A stretch of DNA of 64,000 nucleotides from Bdellovibrionota bacterium (GTDB lineage: Bacteria > Bdellovibrionota_C > UBA2361 > CALJRW01), in NCBI GenBank assembly GCA_041740355.1, contig JBGSMD010000006.1, forward strand, positions 32,001 through 96,000. Reading direction: 5' to 3'. Shown here one piece after another: positions 21,505 to 30,990 of the stretch (position 1 is the stretch's first letter; each line of letters starts with the position of its first letter). The position numbers were made by a program, and so were the translations under genes. The notes beneath the pieces were generated by a model. The model was not told the DNA's origin. It ran no database searches and was given only the letters and a program-made list of their open reading frames with translations.

Positions 21505-22154
21505 AGAAAGTATTTCTAGTTTTGATTTCGGGAGTAATGCTTTTTAGTCAGAGCATAGTTTTGGCAGAAAACTTACCTGTGATGTATAAAAATCAAATTA
21601 CTACTCTTGGACCAGCATCCAATGCTCCCGGAGATGGAAATCTTCCTGCTCCTTATGTACCACGTGTTCCAACAGAAGGGGCTGCGAGCACTCCTCGGGA
21701 AGCGAGCGACACGACAACATTACGAGTAGCACCGTATCAAGGATATGTAGATTCCATGAGTCATCAGGTAAGTGTTGATACTCTTAATTTAGGACTAAAA
21801 GGTAAGGTAACTCTTTACATGACAGGAGTCGCGATGACTGAACCAGCAGTGCTTGCTGGCCTACAGTCTGCTAACGAGTTTAGTAATCAACAGCTGGATC
21901 GATCTCTAAAGACCTATGACTTAGTAACTGCCGCAGCTAGGGATTCTGGTTCTGTGACATCAATGCAGTTGTTGTCTGAACTTAGTGCTTGTATCACTAA
22001 AAAAGCAACAGCGAACAAATCACATGATGTCGGATTATTAGTTGATGTTTGTTTAGCTAAAGAACCTGCAGCAGAATCTGAGCAGATTGAAACACCAAAT
22101 CGTCGCAAAGATGCTGATGGTGCCGGTATTAATACACTGTTTGTTGGAAATTAA
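21501..22154 (+). CDS. Secreted hypothetical protein (possible ICE/Tra accessory)
   Basis: Signal peptide; 4-nt overlap with the upstream gene; Cys pair near the C-terminus. Confidence 0.65.
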   Translation: MKKVFLVLISGVMLFSQSIVLAENLPVMYKNQITTLGPASNAPGDGNLPAPYVPRVPTEGAASTPREASDTTTLRVAPYQGYVDSMSHQVSVDTLNLGLKGKVTLYMTGVAMTEPAVLAGLQSANEFSNQQLDRSLKTYDLVTAAARDSGSVTSMQLLSELSACITKKATANKSHDVGLLVDVCLAKEPAAESEQIETPNRRKDADGAGINTLFVGN

Positions 22155-22160
22155 AAAAAT

Positions 22161-23105
22161 ATGATGGAAAAGGTTTTAAATAAATTTTTAGTTTTGGTTC
22201 CACTTTTACTGATTAGTAATATTGTTCTTGCGGCAGATTGTGATTTTGCCAATAAAAAAACAATATCTTTGGTGGATTCTACTTTTTGCTCGAATAATTT
22301 AGTTACTCAGCTTTCAAAAGCTAAATTAGATGAGTATCGCGATGAGTATAAAAAATATTTTGGTGATGTAACTATTACGCGGGTTGATACTGAAACAACA
22401 GTAGGCTGGACACCAGCTAAAATTGCTCCTACAGAGTCAAGCGTTGGTCACTGCAATGCTCCAAATCAGCTTCCGATTACAACATTAACTTGTGAGATTG
22501 CCACTGAAAAATGGACGGGTTTGATGGAGGTCTTAAAAAAAATCTGCGATGGCGTACCAAACAAAAAACCTGAGGAAATGAAGCTCTCTAGCGATACTTA
22601 CCTTGAAGAATTAGAGGGACTAGCTAAGAAATATAACAGTCTTTCCATTCCTGAAATTAAATTTACAGAATACAATGCTCAAGCTTTTTTAAAGCTCTAT
22701 CGCACATTTACCAATGAACTTAAGTGCGACGATTTTGGAACTGCTAACAAGTTCGATGAAAAGTGGGAGCTCTATGGTAAAGAGGAGGGCAGTTTATCTG
22801 AGGAACAGCGAGATAGTTTTGATTATTCTAACTATTATTTTGTTTATGTGACTAATATTGCCTACCACCAGTCATTAAGCTTGATGTATAATTATGCTAA
22901 TTTAGTAAAAACAGCGATTTCCACAATGAATGAGGAACAGCGCAAAAGTTATGAAGTTTTATTAACTGGCCTAAATGAAAGTTCCGGCGGTAAATTAGAG
23001 GATATTCAAGCTACTCAGATGCAAATTGCCAAAGGTATTTTTGATTTAAACCAAGCAGTTGAAAATAGAGTGAAAAACTATAAGCAACCAGGGTATAAAA
23101 AGTAA
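22161..23105 (+). CDS. Secreted Cys-rich helical hypothetical protein (possible ICE/Tra accessory)
   Basis: Own signal peptide (…ISNIVLA-ADC), six Cys; directly upstream of the TraG-like gene. Confidence 0.65.
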   Translation: MMEKVLNKFLVLVPLLLISNIVLAADCDFANKKTISLVDSTFCSNNLVTQLSKAKLDEYRDEYKKYFGDVTITRVDTETTVGWTPAKIAPTESSVGHCNAPNQLPITTLTCEIATEKWTGLMEVLKKICDGVPNKKPEEMKLSSDTYLEELEGLAKKYNSLSIPEIKFTEYNAQAFLKLYRTFTNELKCDDFGTANKFDEKWELYGKEEGSLSEEQRDSFDYSNYYFVYVTNIAYHQSLSLMYNYANLVKTAISTMNEEQRKSYEVLLTGLNESSGGKLEDIQATQMQIAKGIFDLNQAVENRVKNYKQPGYKK

Positions 23106-23114
23106 TAGGTAAGA

Positions 23115-26100
23115 ATGACTAAAAGGATTTTAACAGGTTTTTGTTTATTTCTGGCAATTATACTAGTTGCGAGTTCGGTCTCTGCGGCACCAGTTATTAC
23201 TACCCGCTGTACGCCAGATGCCAGTGGGCATCTTTCCTCTGGTGAATATTGTTCTTCCGCGACTAACCCGATCACAGCATCCTATGCAACCATGGGCTAT
23301 TGGACTTTGGGCGCATTACTTCAAACATTTGGTGGTCTTGATCAGTTAGGTGGTCTGGAAGATACACCGCTTGGTGGTTCAGGTGCTTACCTAAAAACTA
23401 TTGGTGCTTTTATTTTCATGCTCAGTTTTTTTACTGCTGTGATCATGATGGCTCTTGGTCAACCACCTAAAATGTATGCTTGGTTCGCAGCGGGACCAGG
23501 GATTATGTATTTTTTACTTTTCAACATCGTAGAGCGTCATGGTGTGGCCTGGGAGATCGGAGGAGAAAGACAAGATCAAAGAGTTGTTTGGGAACTAGCC
23601 TATACCGGATTAAATAACCCAATTATTACCTCAACTGCTGGTAGTTTGATTGGACCAGCCTATCAAGAAGTTGGATCAATGCATGGAATTTATGTGCCTT
23701 GGTTTTTTACAAAACTTGATGAAGTTTCCAGTGAAGTAATTCAAAACATTGTAGGTTTAATGGGAGTTAGAGGTGAATTATTGGAAGACCGACATGGTGA
23801 TGGGAGTATGCCAGACCAAACTACTAACTGGCCGTTACTAAGCACCGAGAAATGGGAGCTGATGGAAAACATTACAGGTGCTAAAATTTCAAATAACGAT
23901 CTGCGGGAATTACTAGTGCAGTACATGGCCAGTGAATGTGGTGATAAGATGAGTGAGTTCTTAAACAAGGGTGCCTTTATTAAGGCTTCCACTTCTAATG
24001 GCTTAAACTTACCAAAAACACTATTCACTCTTACTCCTGATACTGTGACAAATGCTGGAACTTCAATATCAACTGATTGTAGTTCTGGAAATGATAAGGA
24101 TAAATTATTATGTGAACTAAATAAGATTCGCCTTCCAACACCCTATGCCTATAAGCAATTACTTAATAAGAAGACTGCTGATAACGCTAACCCAGGATTT
24201 CAAGAATTCGCACTTAAGGATACAATGAGTGCAGGTGCTGATGCAGAATTACAATACCAAGCTTCAACAGTTACTTGTGATGACTGGCTATGGATGTTGA
24301 TGACAGGGATTCGTTGGGAGTCTGCACTCCATTATATTAATTTACGTTCCTCCTTGGAACTACCTGTCGCTGCGGACACTGTAAAAAATGAAGTTATTGG
24401 CACTGATGTGATGGATTTCGTTTTTACTTATGACTGGGAGTTTTTAAAGGCTGATGGAGAAGAAGAGCCGATTGCCACTCCCGATCAAAGGCAACAATTC
24501 ATGTTTCATATGATTATGGCCTACATGATCCGAAATGAGTTTGCCCTAGCCCCTCAGATTGCCGAGCAAAATTTATTACCATCAGCTCGTAGTGCAAATT
24601 ATGCCGAAGAATTTTCGCGAACTACGAATTCTAAAAATAAATTTGCGGAGGTCTACACTTGGGCTAAAATGTTACCACACGTTCAAGGGATGATTTTGTA
24701 TCTTCTGTCTATTGGCTATCCACTGGCCTGTGTAATGATCCTTGTTCCGGGTTGGTGGAAGTGGATGATTACTTGGTCTAGTTTTTATGTATGGGCTAAG
24801 AGCTGGGACGCGGGTTTTGCTGTAATTCAAAATATTGAAAAATCTATTTGGGCTAATCTTGGTAACTCCAACAACGTAGCCTCGCTCAATTACCATATTT
24901 TAAAATTAGATTTCCCTAATGATCAGAATAGTACTAATGCCGTAAACTTTGTATTTGGTCCGGATGGAAAAGCCAGTTCTATCCTGCAAGGTGTTAAGTT
25001 AACCGAAGGTTATGCCCTTGATTTATTTGATCGAGGATTAATTCTTTCTCGTGCTCTTAATCATGATTTAGTAAATGCATATTACATTTATTTAATGTCG
25101 GCGCTTTACTTCGCTGTTCCTGCAGTTACTGGCCAATTATTACTTGGTGCTAAGTCGGGAATGTCCAACATGGTGAAAGAAGGTATTGGTGGAGTATCTT
25201 CCGAAGGTGGATCCGCTGCTCGTTCTGGTGCAGTAGCAGAAGAAACTCGCCATGGAACTATGAACAACATGGCCGCGGAGCAACAGTGGGCTGCTAAAGG
25301 TGCGACTCAACAAGGATTTGCGTTGAGAGCATTACAATCTAAGAATCAAGCTATGGGCTTGGAAATGCAGAGTGGCGCGGCTCAGGCACGTTCAAGTTTT
25401 ATGGAGCAAGGATCACAAAGTCGCTCTGATATGTCACAAATTGCTGAGGCACGAATAGGTCAGAAAATGGGTACATGGGGAGCAGTAAATGCTGAACATA
25501 AAGCGCATATGTCGGCCTTAGGTCGTGTGGGTGGTGCTGGTGAAAGTGAAATGGAAAGATGGGCTAGAAATCAGAATACTGGGACTTCCTCATCTTCACC
25601 ATTGCCTCCAGGTGCTTCTTCTGCAAATCCAAATGCCACACCGAGTGGCGCTCCAACACAAGGAAAGGGTGCAGTGCCACATGTTGCAAATAAAGTTCAG
25701 TCAGCAGCCAAGACTATTTTAGGGCCTGGCGACCGATATGCCTCGGAATATGGTACTCATTTATCAGGTATTTCTGACGCACAATTAGCGGAACAAAAAG
25801 CAGGGCAAAATTTAGCGCTTACGAATCAAGCACTAGATGCGAAGCAGCAAGCTAGAAGTGCGAATGTTGCAGCGTCAATGGCGCAATTTCAACTTGGAAA
25901 TCAGGCCAGAGCATCAACGGAATCGGCGGCACGTTTAACACAGGAAGCTAATTTTGGAGCACGTCAATCTGCTTATAGTGAAGGGGCGAAATTCAGCAAA
26001 CATATGTCTGGGATGATGGCTGCTAGAGGTGTCGTTGCTGGAGCATTTGATCCGAAGGATAAACCGAAGGATTTGGAATCAATCGGAGCTGGTGGGATGT

Positions 26101-26459
26101 TAGGTAATGGATATTCACAAGCTTTTTCTTATCCAAGTAATGGATTTTTAACAGAGTTAGGGGGGCAGGTATCAGCTCTCTCTCCAGCAGTAGCACATGC
26201 AAATCAAAGCTATCAAGCAGGATCCTCTGGATATGGTGTTAATTTTGATAAGGCAGTTGGGAATGTTAAAATGGCTGAAACTTATGCAATGGCATCTGTT
26301 GCTGGTAATGCACTTCTTGATGGGACTGATAAAAAGAAATTTGGTGCTGGATTAGTTAGTACTGTCACAGCAGCCGGAGCTAGAGAGGTAGTAGAAATGG
26401 CTACGGGAGAAGATCGAAATACACGCCGAGATGCATTAGCTCCTGCTTTGAAGAAGTAA
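23115..26459 (+). CDS. TraG-like (TraG_N / VirB6-like) polytopic membrane protein with long Gly/Ala/Ser/Gln-rich tail
   Basis: N-terminal TMs, large periplasmic loop with Cys, second TM block LPHVQGMILYLLSIGYPLAC...FYVWAKSWDAGFAVI, and a low-complexity C-terminal 430 aa, matching F-type TraG architecture. Confidence 0.7.
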   Translation: MTKRILTGFCLFLAIILVASSVSAAPVITTRCTPDASGHLSSGEYCSSATNPITASYATMGYWTLGALLQTFGGLDQLGGLEDTPLGGSGAYLKTIGAFIFMLSFFTAVIMMALGQPPKMYAWFAAGPGIMYFLLFNIVERHGVAWEIGGERQDQRVVWELAYTGLNNPIITSTAGSLIGPAYQEVGSMHGIYVPWFFTKLDEVSSEVIQNIVGLMGVRGELLEDRHGDGSMPDQTTNWPLLSTEKWELMENITGAKISNNDLRELLVQYMASECGDKMSEFLNKGAFIKASTSNGLNLPKTLFTLTPDTVTNAGTSISTDCSSGNDKDKLLCELNKIRLPTPYAYKQLLNKKTADNANPGFQEFALKDTMSAGADAELQYQASTVTCDDWLWMLMTGIRWESALHYINLRSSLELPVAADTVKNEVIGTDVMDFVFTYDWEFLKADGEEEPIATPDQRQQFMFHMIMAYMIRNEFALAPQIAEQNLLPSARSANYAEEFSRTTNSKNKFAEVYTWAKMLPHVQGMILYLLSIGYPLACVMILVPGWWKWMITWSSFYVWAKSWDAGFAVIQNIEKSIWANLGNSNNVASLNYHILKLDFPNDQNSTNAVNFVFGPDGKASSILQGVKLTEGYALDLFDRGLILSRALNHDLVNAYYIYLMSALYFAVPAVTGQLLLGAKSGMSNMVKEGIGGVSSEGGSAARSGAVAEETRHGTMNNMAAEQQWAAKGATQQGFALRALQSKNQAMGLEMQSGAAQARSSFMEQGSQSRSDMSQIAEARIGQKMGTWGAVNAEHKAHMSALGRVGGAGESEMERWARNQNTGTSSSSPLPPGASSANPNATPSGAPTQGKGAVPHVANKVQSAAKTILGPGDRYASEYGTHLSGISDAQLAEQKAGQNLALTNQALDAKQQARSANVAASMAQFQLGNQARASTESAARLTQEANFGARQSAYSEGAKFSKHMSGMMAARGVVAGAFDPKDKPKDLESIGAGGMLGNGYSQAFSYPSNGFLTELGGQVSALSPAVAHANQSYQAGSSGYGVNFDKAVGNVKMAETYAMASVAGNALLDGTDKKKFGAGLVSTVTAAGAREVVEMATGEDRNTRRDALAPALKK

Positions 26460-26503
26460 GATAAAAGATTAATATTAGGAATTTTGTGTAGAAAAAGATT
26501 TAC

Positions 26504-27550
26504 CTAATCTAAGCCGACACTCAATACTAACCATCTCCGCTCCGAAAAACCACCGGAGCGGGATGCCGCCATAGATGAGGTCATCTTAGTTTGAAAGATA
26601 AAATGAAACTGTCCATCAACTAGAGCTGATTCAGGGGGATGGGGGTCGCGCGCCTTATCTTTCACAGCGGTGTGAATTAAACTATTAAAAATTTCCGAAC
26701 CAGAATTAGTGACAAGTTTTGTACTTACCAGATTTCCCTCAGGATCTAGTTTTGCAATGACTGTGGCATTTCCTGTAATTTTCTGAACCTCTTGATAGTT
26801 TAACTGTTTCCAGGCACGATTTTTTAGTTCATTAAAAACTTGAATGGCAACTCGCCTAACAAAAACAGCATATTTAGAAGCTTTTGTATTTAATAAAGTA
26901 ATTTCACCTTCACGAATATTTGGTAGTAAATCGGGACTACCACCTTGTCCTGCAAAAAGACTTCCAGCTAAAGCGGAATTTAAATTATTTTGAGTTTTAG
27001 TTTGAAGATCCAGAGCTTTTTCCCTTGGCTCAATTTGTTTTTCAAATTTTATCTCGGGAGTAATTTTTTTGCCAGGTGTTTCTTGGGAAGTTTTTTCTTT
27101 TACTGGTAGAGGAGTTTCCGTTTTTTTTGTTACGGACGTTTTCTTAATCATTTCGGTTTTAGAACTCGGTTTAGCCAGTGTTTGTTTTGGAATTGGTTTC
27201 CCACCATCTCCACGTTTAATACTTTCTTCTAGAATGGAATTGTTTTGCTCAGCTTCTTTAAATTCTTGCTTAGGCATTACTTTATTGACCTTTTCTGATT
27301 CGCTAACAATTTGTTTCTTATTATTAAATAGCTCTGGGGAAAGTTCCACAGCTAAAACTTTTTGAATCTTAGGAAGATTATCTTTAGAGAATAAGCCTGT
27401 AAAATTGAGGTAGACTAGAAAAAATAAAATGATGTGGAATAAGGCCGAGACGGTAAGTGCTAAGAGTTGCACTTCGCGGTCAGTAGAACGTAAGATAATT
27501 AGTCTATTTGGAGTATTGGTCCATTTTTGTTCAAAGTTTAAGTCTGGCAC
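26504..27550 (-). CDS. TonB/TolA-family energy transducer
   Basis: TM with SALFH (SxxxH) motif, Lys/Pro-rich linker, TonB-C-like domain (LDPEGNLV...NSGSEIFN). Confidence 0.8.
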   Translation of the reverse strand: MPDLNFEQKWTNTPNRLIILRSTDREVQLLALTVSALFHIILFFLVYLNFTGLFSKDNLPKIQKVLAVELSPELFNNKKQIVSESEKVNKVMPKQEFKEAEQNNSILEESIKRGDGGKPIPKQTLAKPSSKTEMIKKTSVTKKTETPLPVKEKTSQETPGKKITPEIKFEKQIEPREKALDLQTKTQNNLNSALAGSLFAGQGGSPDLLPNIREGEITLLNTKASKYAVFVRRVAIQVFNELKNRAWKQLNYQEVQKITGNATVIAKLDPEGNLVSTKLVTNSGSEIFNSLIHTAVKDKARDPHPPESALVDGQFHFIFQTKMTSSMAASRSGGFSERRWLVLSVGLD

Positions 27551-27660
27551 TAATTAGTTATCTTCATAAATTTAAGTCACTTTAACAGTGAAACGTTTGT
27601 TCTTCAATTTGTTCAGGCTAAAGCTTCAGAAAATCTTCTAATAACTTCTCCGCTGACGTC

Positions 27661-27782
27661 TTTATCGCGTCAAAACCCTATAAAATCTTCCGAGTTTATA
27701 ATAATTTCTGGCGACGATGGATTTATCACGTCAAAGCCCTATAAAGTCTTTGAAGTTTATAATAATTTCTGGCGACGACGGA
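27661..27782 (+). repeat. Two tandem 61-bp imperfect direct repeats upstream of tRNA-fMet
   Basis: tttatcRcgtcaaaRccctataaaRtctt...agtttataataatttctggcgacgaYgga at 27661-27721 and 27722-27782. Confidence 0.85.
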
Positions 27783-27823
27783 GAGTTATACTACAATCAT
27801 TCTTACCTAATTTCCGCACCACT

Positions 27824-27832
27824 TGATATAAT
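27824..27832 (+). promoter_or_regulatory. Extended -10 promoter element for tRNA-fMet
   Basis: TGnTATAAT (tgatataat) 24 nt upstream of the tRNA 5' end. Confidence 0.55.
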
Positions 27833-27856
27833 TTCTGTAATGATCTACAATATTTG

Positions 27857-27931
<75 letters not shown>

Positions 27932-27933
<2 letters not shown>

Positions 27934-28007
27934 TTCTCCCCTTTTGGGAAGCTCGGCATAATGGTTAATAAATGCATCGTCCTTTTGCTTCCCAAAAGGG
28001 GAGAATG
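27932..28007. repeat. Perfect 21-bp inverted repeat abutting the tRNA 3' end
   Basis: cattctccccttttgggaagc (27932-27952) / gcttcccaaaaggggagaatg (27987-28007). Confidence 0.85.
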
Positions 28008-28152
28008 TCACGTCGAAGCCCTCCAATATCTTCCAAATTCCCAATATCTTCTAGTAAATTGTTTTTCTCCTAAACGCTTCCCTCACACCCACAATTGCAC
28101 CCAACTTTAAGCAGTGGTATAAAACTGCATCAAATCCTTTAATGACTATTTT

Positions 28153-28305
28153 ATGAAAAACCTACTCTATTTATCCTTATTTGTGGCTCTAACTTTCTCT
28201 GCTTGCCAAAAACTGCCACTGCCATCTGCTGACATCAAAGAGCCTAACGATAATGTAAAGTATACTCAAGAAGTACGCGTAATTACTCCTGATGTAACGC
28301 AATAA
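28153..28305 (+). CDS. Small (50 aa) putative lipoprotein, not in the ORF track
   Basis: MKNLLYLSLFVALTFSAC-QKLPLPSADIKEPNDNVKYTQEVRVITPDVTQ: basic N-terminus, hydrophobic core, lipobox FSAC; ends 12 nt before the next gene. Confidence 0.7.
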   Translation: MKNLLYLSLFVALTFSACQKLPLPSADIKEPNDNVKYTQEVRVITPDVTQ

Positions 28306-28317
28306 ACAATAAATCAT

Positions 28318-29385
28318 ATGTTAAATTACAGTGGTGTCTTTTCTAGAGCTCAAGCTAGGGAGCATGAGTCGGTCATATTTTTTTATTGTCCTGTAACTAA
28401 GTTAAAAGCTATCGTTGCCGTGCACAGCACTGCTTTAGGGCCAAGCTTAGGAGGATGTAGAATTAAGAATTACAGTAGCGAGGAGGAAGCTCTAGAAGAT
28501 GTAACTCGTTTGTCTGAGGGGATGTCTTATAAAAACTCCATTGCTGGACTTAATCTAGGTGGTGGGAAAGCCTGTATTATCGCCGACTCGCATTTAGATG
28601 AAGGGCGAGATGAGTTATTTACGCAGTTTGGTAAATATTTAAATACTCTTGGTGGGACCTATTACACTGCCGAAGATATGGGAACTAAAGTTTCTGATAT
28701 TCAAACTATTAAACAAGTTAGTAATTATTGTGTTGGTTTTGCTGAAGAAGCAGGTGGTAGTGGTGATCCTTCTCCGTGGACTGCCAAAGGTGTTTTTGAA
28801 AGTTTAAAAACAGTAGTCGAGCAAAAACTAAATAAAAAAGTTTCTGAAATTACAGTCGCTATTGAGGGAATCGGAAAAGTTGGTTACGGCTTAGCAGAAC
28901 ATTTGCAACAACATGGTGCTAAGTTAATTGTGACCGATGTTAACCAAGTAAATCTTGATCGCGCTAAAAATGAATTAGGCGCCAAGCTTGTTGCCCTAAA
29001 TGATATTCATAAAGTTGAGTGTGATGTTTTTGCACCTTGTGCCATTGGCCAGACAATTAATAAAAAAACTATTAAGAGCCTGACTTGTAAAGTAATTTTA
29101 GGTGCAGCGAATAATCAAATCAGTGATTCTTCCATGTGGTCAGAAATAACTGATCGCGGAATTCTTTATTGCCCAGATTTTGTTGTTAATGCCGGAGGAG
29201 TTATCTCTGTTGGAGCTGAACTAAATCAGGGTGGCTGGAGTCGTGACTGGGTTCATAATAAAATTATGCAAATTCCAAATACTCTAATTAAGATTCTTAA
29301 TGACGCGGAAAAGCAGTCACAATTTCCTGAAGAAACAGCTATTTATTTAGCTAAAAAACGGATTAAAGATAAGACAATTCTCTAA
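28318..29385 (+). CDS. Leucine dehydrogenase (Glu/Leu/Phe/Val dehydrogenase family)
   Basis: LGPSLGGCR, GMSYKN...GGGK, TAEDMGT, GDPSPWTA, GIGKVG, GAANNQ, PDFVVNAGG. Confidence 0.93.
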   Translation: MLNYSGVFSRAQAREHESVIFFYCPVTKLKAIVAVHSTALGPSLGGCRIKNYSSEEEALEDVTRLSEGMSYKNSIAGLNLGGGKACIIADSHLDEGRDELFTQFGKYLNTLGGTYYTAEDMGTKVSDIQTIKQVSNYCVGFAEEAGGSGDPSPWTAKGVFESLKTVVEQKLNKKVSEITVAIEGIGKVGYGLAEHLQQHGAKLIVTDVNQVNLDRAKNELGAKLVALNDIHKVECDVFAPCAIGQTINKKTIKSLTCKVILGAANNQISDSSMWSEITDRGILYCPDFVVNAGGVISVGAELNQGGWSRDWVHNKIMQIPNTLIKILNDAEKQSQFPEETAIYLAKKRIKDKTIL

Positions 29386-29401
29386 TAAATTAACTATACT
29401 T

Positions 29402-29851
29402 ATGTCTAACGAAATTCCAGCTAGTTTTCTAAAAAGATATCTTGCTGGGTCTCTTGATTGTATAATTATTTTTATTGTTGCGCTTATCTTTCGTTATCTT
29501 CTGAACTTATTACTACCAGATAATTACAGTCACTTTCAGATTATTCAGTTAACTCAATTTTGCACGTATGCTGTAGTTTTCGCATATTTCGGATATTACC
29601 ATTCCCAAGAGGGATCTAGTATTGGTAAGAAAGCGCTTAAATTAAAAATTATAGATCGCAAATCAGGGGGTAATCCTAGTTTTATTAAAAGCGGACTCAG
29701 AAACACTTTTGGAATAATGATCTCGGCAATACCATTCTTCATCGGATTCATTATGATTTTTTTTACAAGAGACCGAATGGCTTTACATGACTATATTTTC
29801 AGTACTCAAGTAGTAGAAGATATAGTCAGTCCAAAAAGTAATTTCCGTTAG
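29402..29851 (+). CDS. RDD-family membrane protein
   Basis: ASFLKRYLAGSLD...SIGKKALKLKI...RDRMALHDYIFSTQVV. Confidence 0.9.
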   Translation: MSNEIPASFLKRYLAGSLDCIIIFIVALIFRYLLNLLLPDNYSHFQIIQLTQFCTYAVVFAYFGYYHSQEGSSIGKKALKLKIIDRKSGGNPSFIKSGLRNTFGIMISAIPFFIGFIMIFFTRDRMALHDYIFSTQVVEDIVSPKSNFR

Positions 29852-29966
29852 GAATTACTTTTTGGGGCTTTCTATCCCCCGCAAGCGTTATAAAATCATA
29901 TAGTTATGACAAAAATCACAAAACTAACTTTTTAATATTCGGAAATTACTTTTTGTCATAACTATA
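29821..29966 (+). repeat. MITE-like two-hairpin repeat, copy A (others at 40993-41130 and 61712-61798)
   Basis: ccaaaaagtaatt...aattactttttgg hairpin, then a 17-bp perfect IR at 29899-29915/29950-29966. Confidence 0.8.
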
Positions 29967-30022
29967 ATACTTCACCACATAAGAGTACTTAGTCCCGACA
30001 TATTCTGATAGGCCTATATTTA

Positions 30023-30445
30023 TTACAGCAAATATTCTAAATCCAAATTAGAGTTTGCTGTTTCAAAAATGCTTGCGACGAACTTATAATATTCTTCTGC
30101 TTCTTTTTTGCTAAAGCTTTTACCGCCTGAATACAGCTCAGCATTTCGCATTAGTCTCATTTTATTGCCGATGAGTAAAATGTCTTCATTTTCTAGAATT
30201 TCAGCTAGTTTTTCGATCACTTTAATATGATGGCCTAATGTGCTTTTGATCCTAACTCCTCCCACTTTTGCAATCACTGCAATGCCTAATTTGAGTAATG
30301 CTTGGTAACTGTAAGTAAAACGTACCTCTTGAAAGTTAACTTCCTTTGCGATCTTAAGATCACGCAAAGCTGCTTCAAATAGAGAATTAAAATCGTCTTG
30401 ACTGAAAGATACTTTTTCAAAAAAATTATCATCAAATTTTTTCAT
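30023..30445 (-). CDS. HEPN-domain protein (putative toxin of an MNT-HEPN pair)
   Basis: Helical HEPN-like protein with RNAELY (Rx4Y) at the motif position; 4-nt overlap with MNT. Confidence 0.7.
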   Translation of the reverse strand: MKKFDDNFFEKVSFSQDDFNSLFEAALRDLKIAKEVNFQEVRFTYSYQALLKLGIAVIAKVGGVRIKSTLGHHIKVIEKLAEILENEDILLIGNKMRLMRNAELYSGGKSFSKKEAEEYYKFVASIFETANSNLDLEYLL

Positions 30446-30984
30446 ACTAATCCAATTTTTTTGCCTTTCATTACAGTCTTAACAAAAGTATCGTCATTTT
30501 TTCTTTTCTCAAATTCATCTTTAGTGATACTAAACAAATTTATCTCACGGTCTGTATTTTTTTGGATCTTCGAAAGTTCTTTTTGTAGATGGATGGTGTC
30601 GTGATCTCCAACAATAAATATGTCAATATCACTACCAGCATTCATACTATCTTTCGCATAGGAACCATAAATAAAAGCAGAACCTATACCATGTATATTA
30701 CTTAAAATTTCTTTCAGGAGATATTCAATGCCGATAGTTGATAAGATTATTTTTTTATAATGTTCTAAAAGTGGATAGTTATGATTTAGCTTGTAAAATC
30801 TTTGCAGGCCTCTTTGTCGGCTTATAAAGATCCCTTCATTCTCAATTTCTTTAAGTTTTCTGGTTAAATTTCCACTATCAACTTCAAACTTTGAGCTCAT
30901 TTCGTTGATATAAAGTTCTGCTTCTGGATGGAGCATAAAATAACTTAAAACTTTTTTGGTAATTTTAGATTTTAAACTAATCAT
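30442..30984 (-). CDS. wHTH + minimal nucleotidyltransferase (MNT) antitoxin-like protein
   Basis: Likely start ATG 30984; N-terminal winged helix, YGSYAKDSMNAGSDIDIF (GSx10DxD) motif. Confidence 0.85.
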   Translation of the reverse strand: MISLKSKITKKVLSYFMLHPEAELYINEMSSKFEVDSGNLTRKLKEIENEGIFISRQRGLQRFYKLNHNYPLLEHYKKIILSTIGIEYLLKEILSNIHGIGSAFIYGSYAKDSMNAGSDIDIFIVGDHDTIHLQKELSKIQKNTDREINLFSITKDEFEKRKNDDTFVKTVMKGKKIGLV

Positions 30985-30990
30985 TTTGTC

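Noticed and set aside
21501-23105. One gene split by a nonsense mutation
   Set aside because: The second ORF has its own complete signal peptide, so two real genes are more likely.
27661-27782. Possible CRISPR array
   Set aside because: Only two contiguous units, no unique spacers and no cas genes.
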